DNA of 63,790 bases, filler included, from Choristocarpus tenellus KU-1152 (taxonomy: Eukaryota > Protista > Phaeophyceae): NCBI GenBank assembly GCA_964200185.2. It is 11 parts of 11 records of this genome, joined end to end, with 100 filler letters (N's around TTAATTAATTAA, not from the genome) between each part and the next. Parts side by side here need not be neighbours in the genome. Positions count along the whole stretch, not along the records: positions 61,059 to 63,790 come from CAXNAD020025230.1; 10 more parts are not named here. One strand, 5' to 3'. Position numbers and translations under genes: made by a program. How positions within the stretch are numbered: position 1 is the first letter of the stretch; each line of letters starts with the position of its first letter. The notes below the pieces were generated by a model. The model was not told the origin of the DNA, made no database searches, and was given only the letters and a program-made list of their open reading frames with translations. Positions 62,341 through 63,790 of this stretch are shown here, in pieces.

Positions 62341-62615
62341 GACCCATAGTATCCTAGAGGGGGGATCCGGCGTCCATTTGGAGCCTGTGTGAACCTATAG
62401 TGATTTTCATATCGTCTGAGTGAACCAGTTAGATGTAACGGCAATTTCCTTCATCTGAACACATCTTCTTTGTCCATTCCCCTGCCTGAACCAAATCCAA
62501 ACAAAATTCTCTTGCATAACGGGTATCAAACTGGGGTATTTTACAACACCTCATCAAGCCCCAAATGGACAGGCTGTGGCTAAACACTCTCTCCCCCTCT
62601 AAGATACTGTGGTGG
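62341..62615. mobile_element. Related MITE (family D; A/C-like termini)
   Basis: GACCCATAGTATCCTAGAGGGG ... CCCCTCTAAGATACTGTGG, with inverted subterminal GTCCATTTGG / CCAAATGGAC. Confidence 0.65.
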
Positions 62616-63719
62616 CACTTTTCATGTTTGTTTACTTTGTAAACTTTATTTTTTTGCAATTTGGAATAAGAACAAAAGAAGACCTAGAGATGTATCAACT
62701 AAGAGGAAAATAGAATACTCACTTAGCCAAACAAAGGTTCCAAGAGTTGCCACGTAATCTTTTGCTCAATTCTGTTCCGGACTTTTTGGATAGCATAGCT
62801 CTGCCCCGCCTCTTTAGATCATTCTAGACCCTGCCATTGAGGTTATTTGTCTGTCCTACAACTGGCGATCAGGATCCTATGTTGTGGTACATGTTACCCA
62901 AACACTTGTACGTCATCTGGCAAGACCATAGTGGAGTGTGGATTGATCTATTGTATCTCTGCCCTCCTTGAGTGAGTCTTGCGGGAAATTCAGAGAGCTC
63001 AGTATATCTGGTGAGTAAAATTCAAGAATTCGTTTTTCAACACTCAACTTCAGCATCATTTACCAGCACAAAATGAAAGTGCAGTAGGCATAGATTTGCC
63101 TCTGGAAATTGAGGAAAGTATCTAGCAAGGCCAGTTGAGCCTTAGTAAAGTCTTAAAACATCCTGCCTTAGGTTTGCAATATCTTGAGAATATCACACTT
63201 TGCCCTGCAACAAAACAGAAATTCCACACAACCACTCTTCTACCCTCCTCCATGCCTATTCCTTGCCTCAATGCCCCACACCGTTCACTTATTTTGTGAT
63301 ACCTTGGCCTCTTCTGTTCTCCCCAGAGTATTGCATCGCATTCCCAACCTCATGTACACATGTAGGGGGGGCATTGGGCCGGAACCTGATCGCCACAATC
63401 CCTCAAGCCTATCTAGGACGGTACCCCATGCCCCCATTGCCTCTCCTACTTTGGCCGAGCCTGTTGACGTCAGGAAAGAAGAGAGCAATTGGGGGCATAG
63501 GGGACCAGGAAGGCAGAATCTAGGAAGGTTGGTAGATACTATTAAAGTATAATGGAAGGGACGTTAGAGGCTAGGAGATAATGCTATTGTCGTCATTTCA
63601 TTTATTTTAACACGAAGCCAGATTGAGACCATCCATCATTCAAGGTGTATGAATTCCTGATATTAAGTTCATTCATGAAGGGAAGTTCTCATCAAAAAAG
63701 CTTCAGGCTTTCCCCATTA

Positions 63720-63790
63720 GAGCCAAAGTATCTTAGAGGGTAGAGCCGTGTCCATTTGGGGGCCAAAATCCAATGTTGCAATATTGATGT
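63720..63790. mobile_element. MITE family A, start of a copy running off the window
   Basis: GAGCCAAAGTATCTTAGAGGGTAGAGCC... Confidence 0.88.

Overview
This is eukaryotic, intron-rich, repeat-rich DNA. A stramenopile, probably a brown alga, is my inference from the GT-AG introns, scattered TTAGGG/CCCTAA repeats and the style of the copia/gypsy Gag remnants. The window is not contiguous: it is 11 short contigs joined by artificial 100-bp linkers (N44-TTAATTAATTAA-N44), so adjacency across linkers means nothing. Host genes: a 3'-truncated TELO2/Tel2, an F-box exon, three hypothetical genes (22.3-30.4 kb), two exons of an MFS transporter, and a ~14-exon calcineurin-A-like phosphatase with an N-terminal RING-like region and a C-terminal EF-hand-like region. 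Repeats: three or four MITE families sharing a G(A/G)NNNAAAGTA terminus, copia, gypsy and pogo remnants, and a large unclassified element present twice. The most notable signal is not visible in the ORF track: a ~2.3-kb heavily frameshifted stretch on the minus strand (about 21540 to 19280). It carries, in the correct order, degenerate RdRp motifs B, C and D and the PRNTase/capping motifs of a Mononegavirales-like L protein, making it a candidate endogenous negative-strand RNA virus fossil. All calls come from reading motifs by eye; no searches were run.
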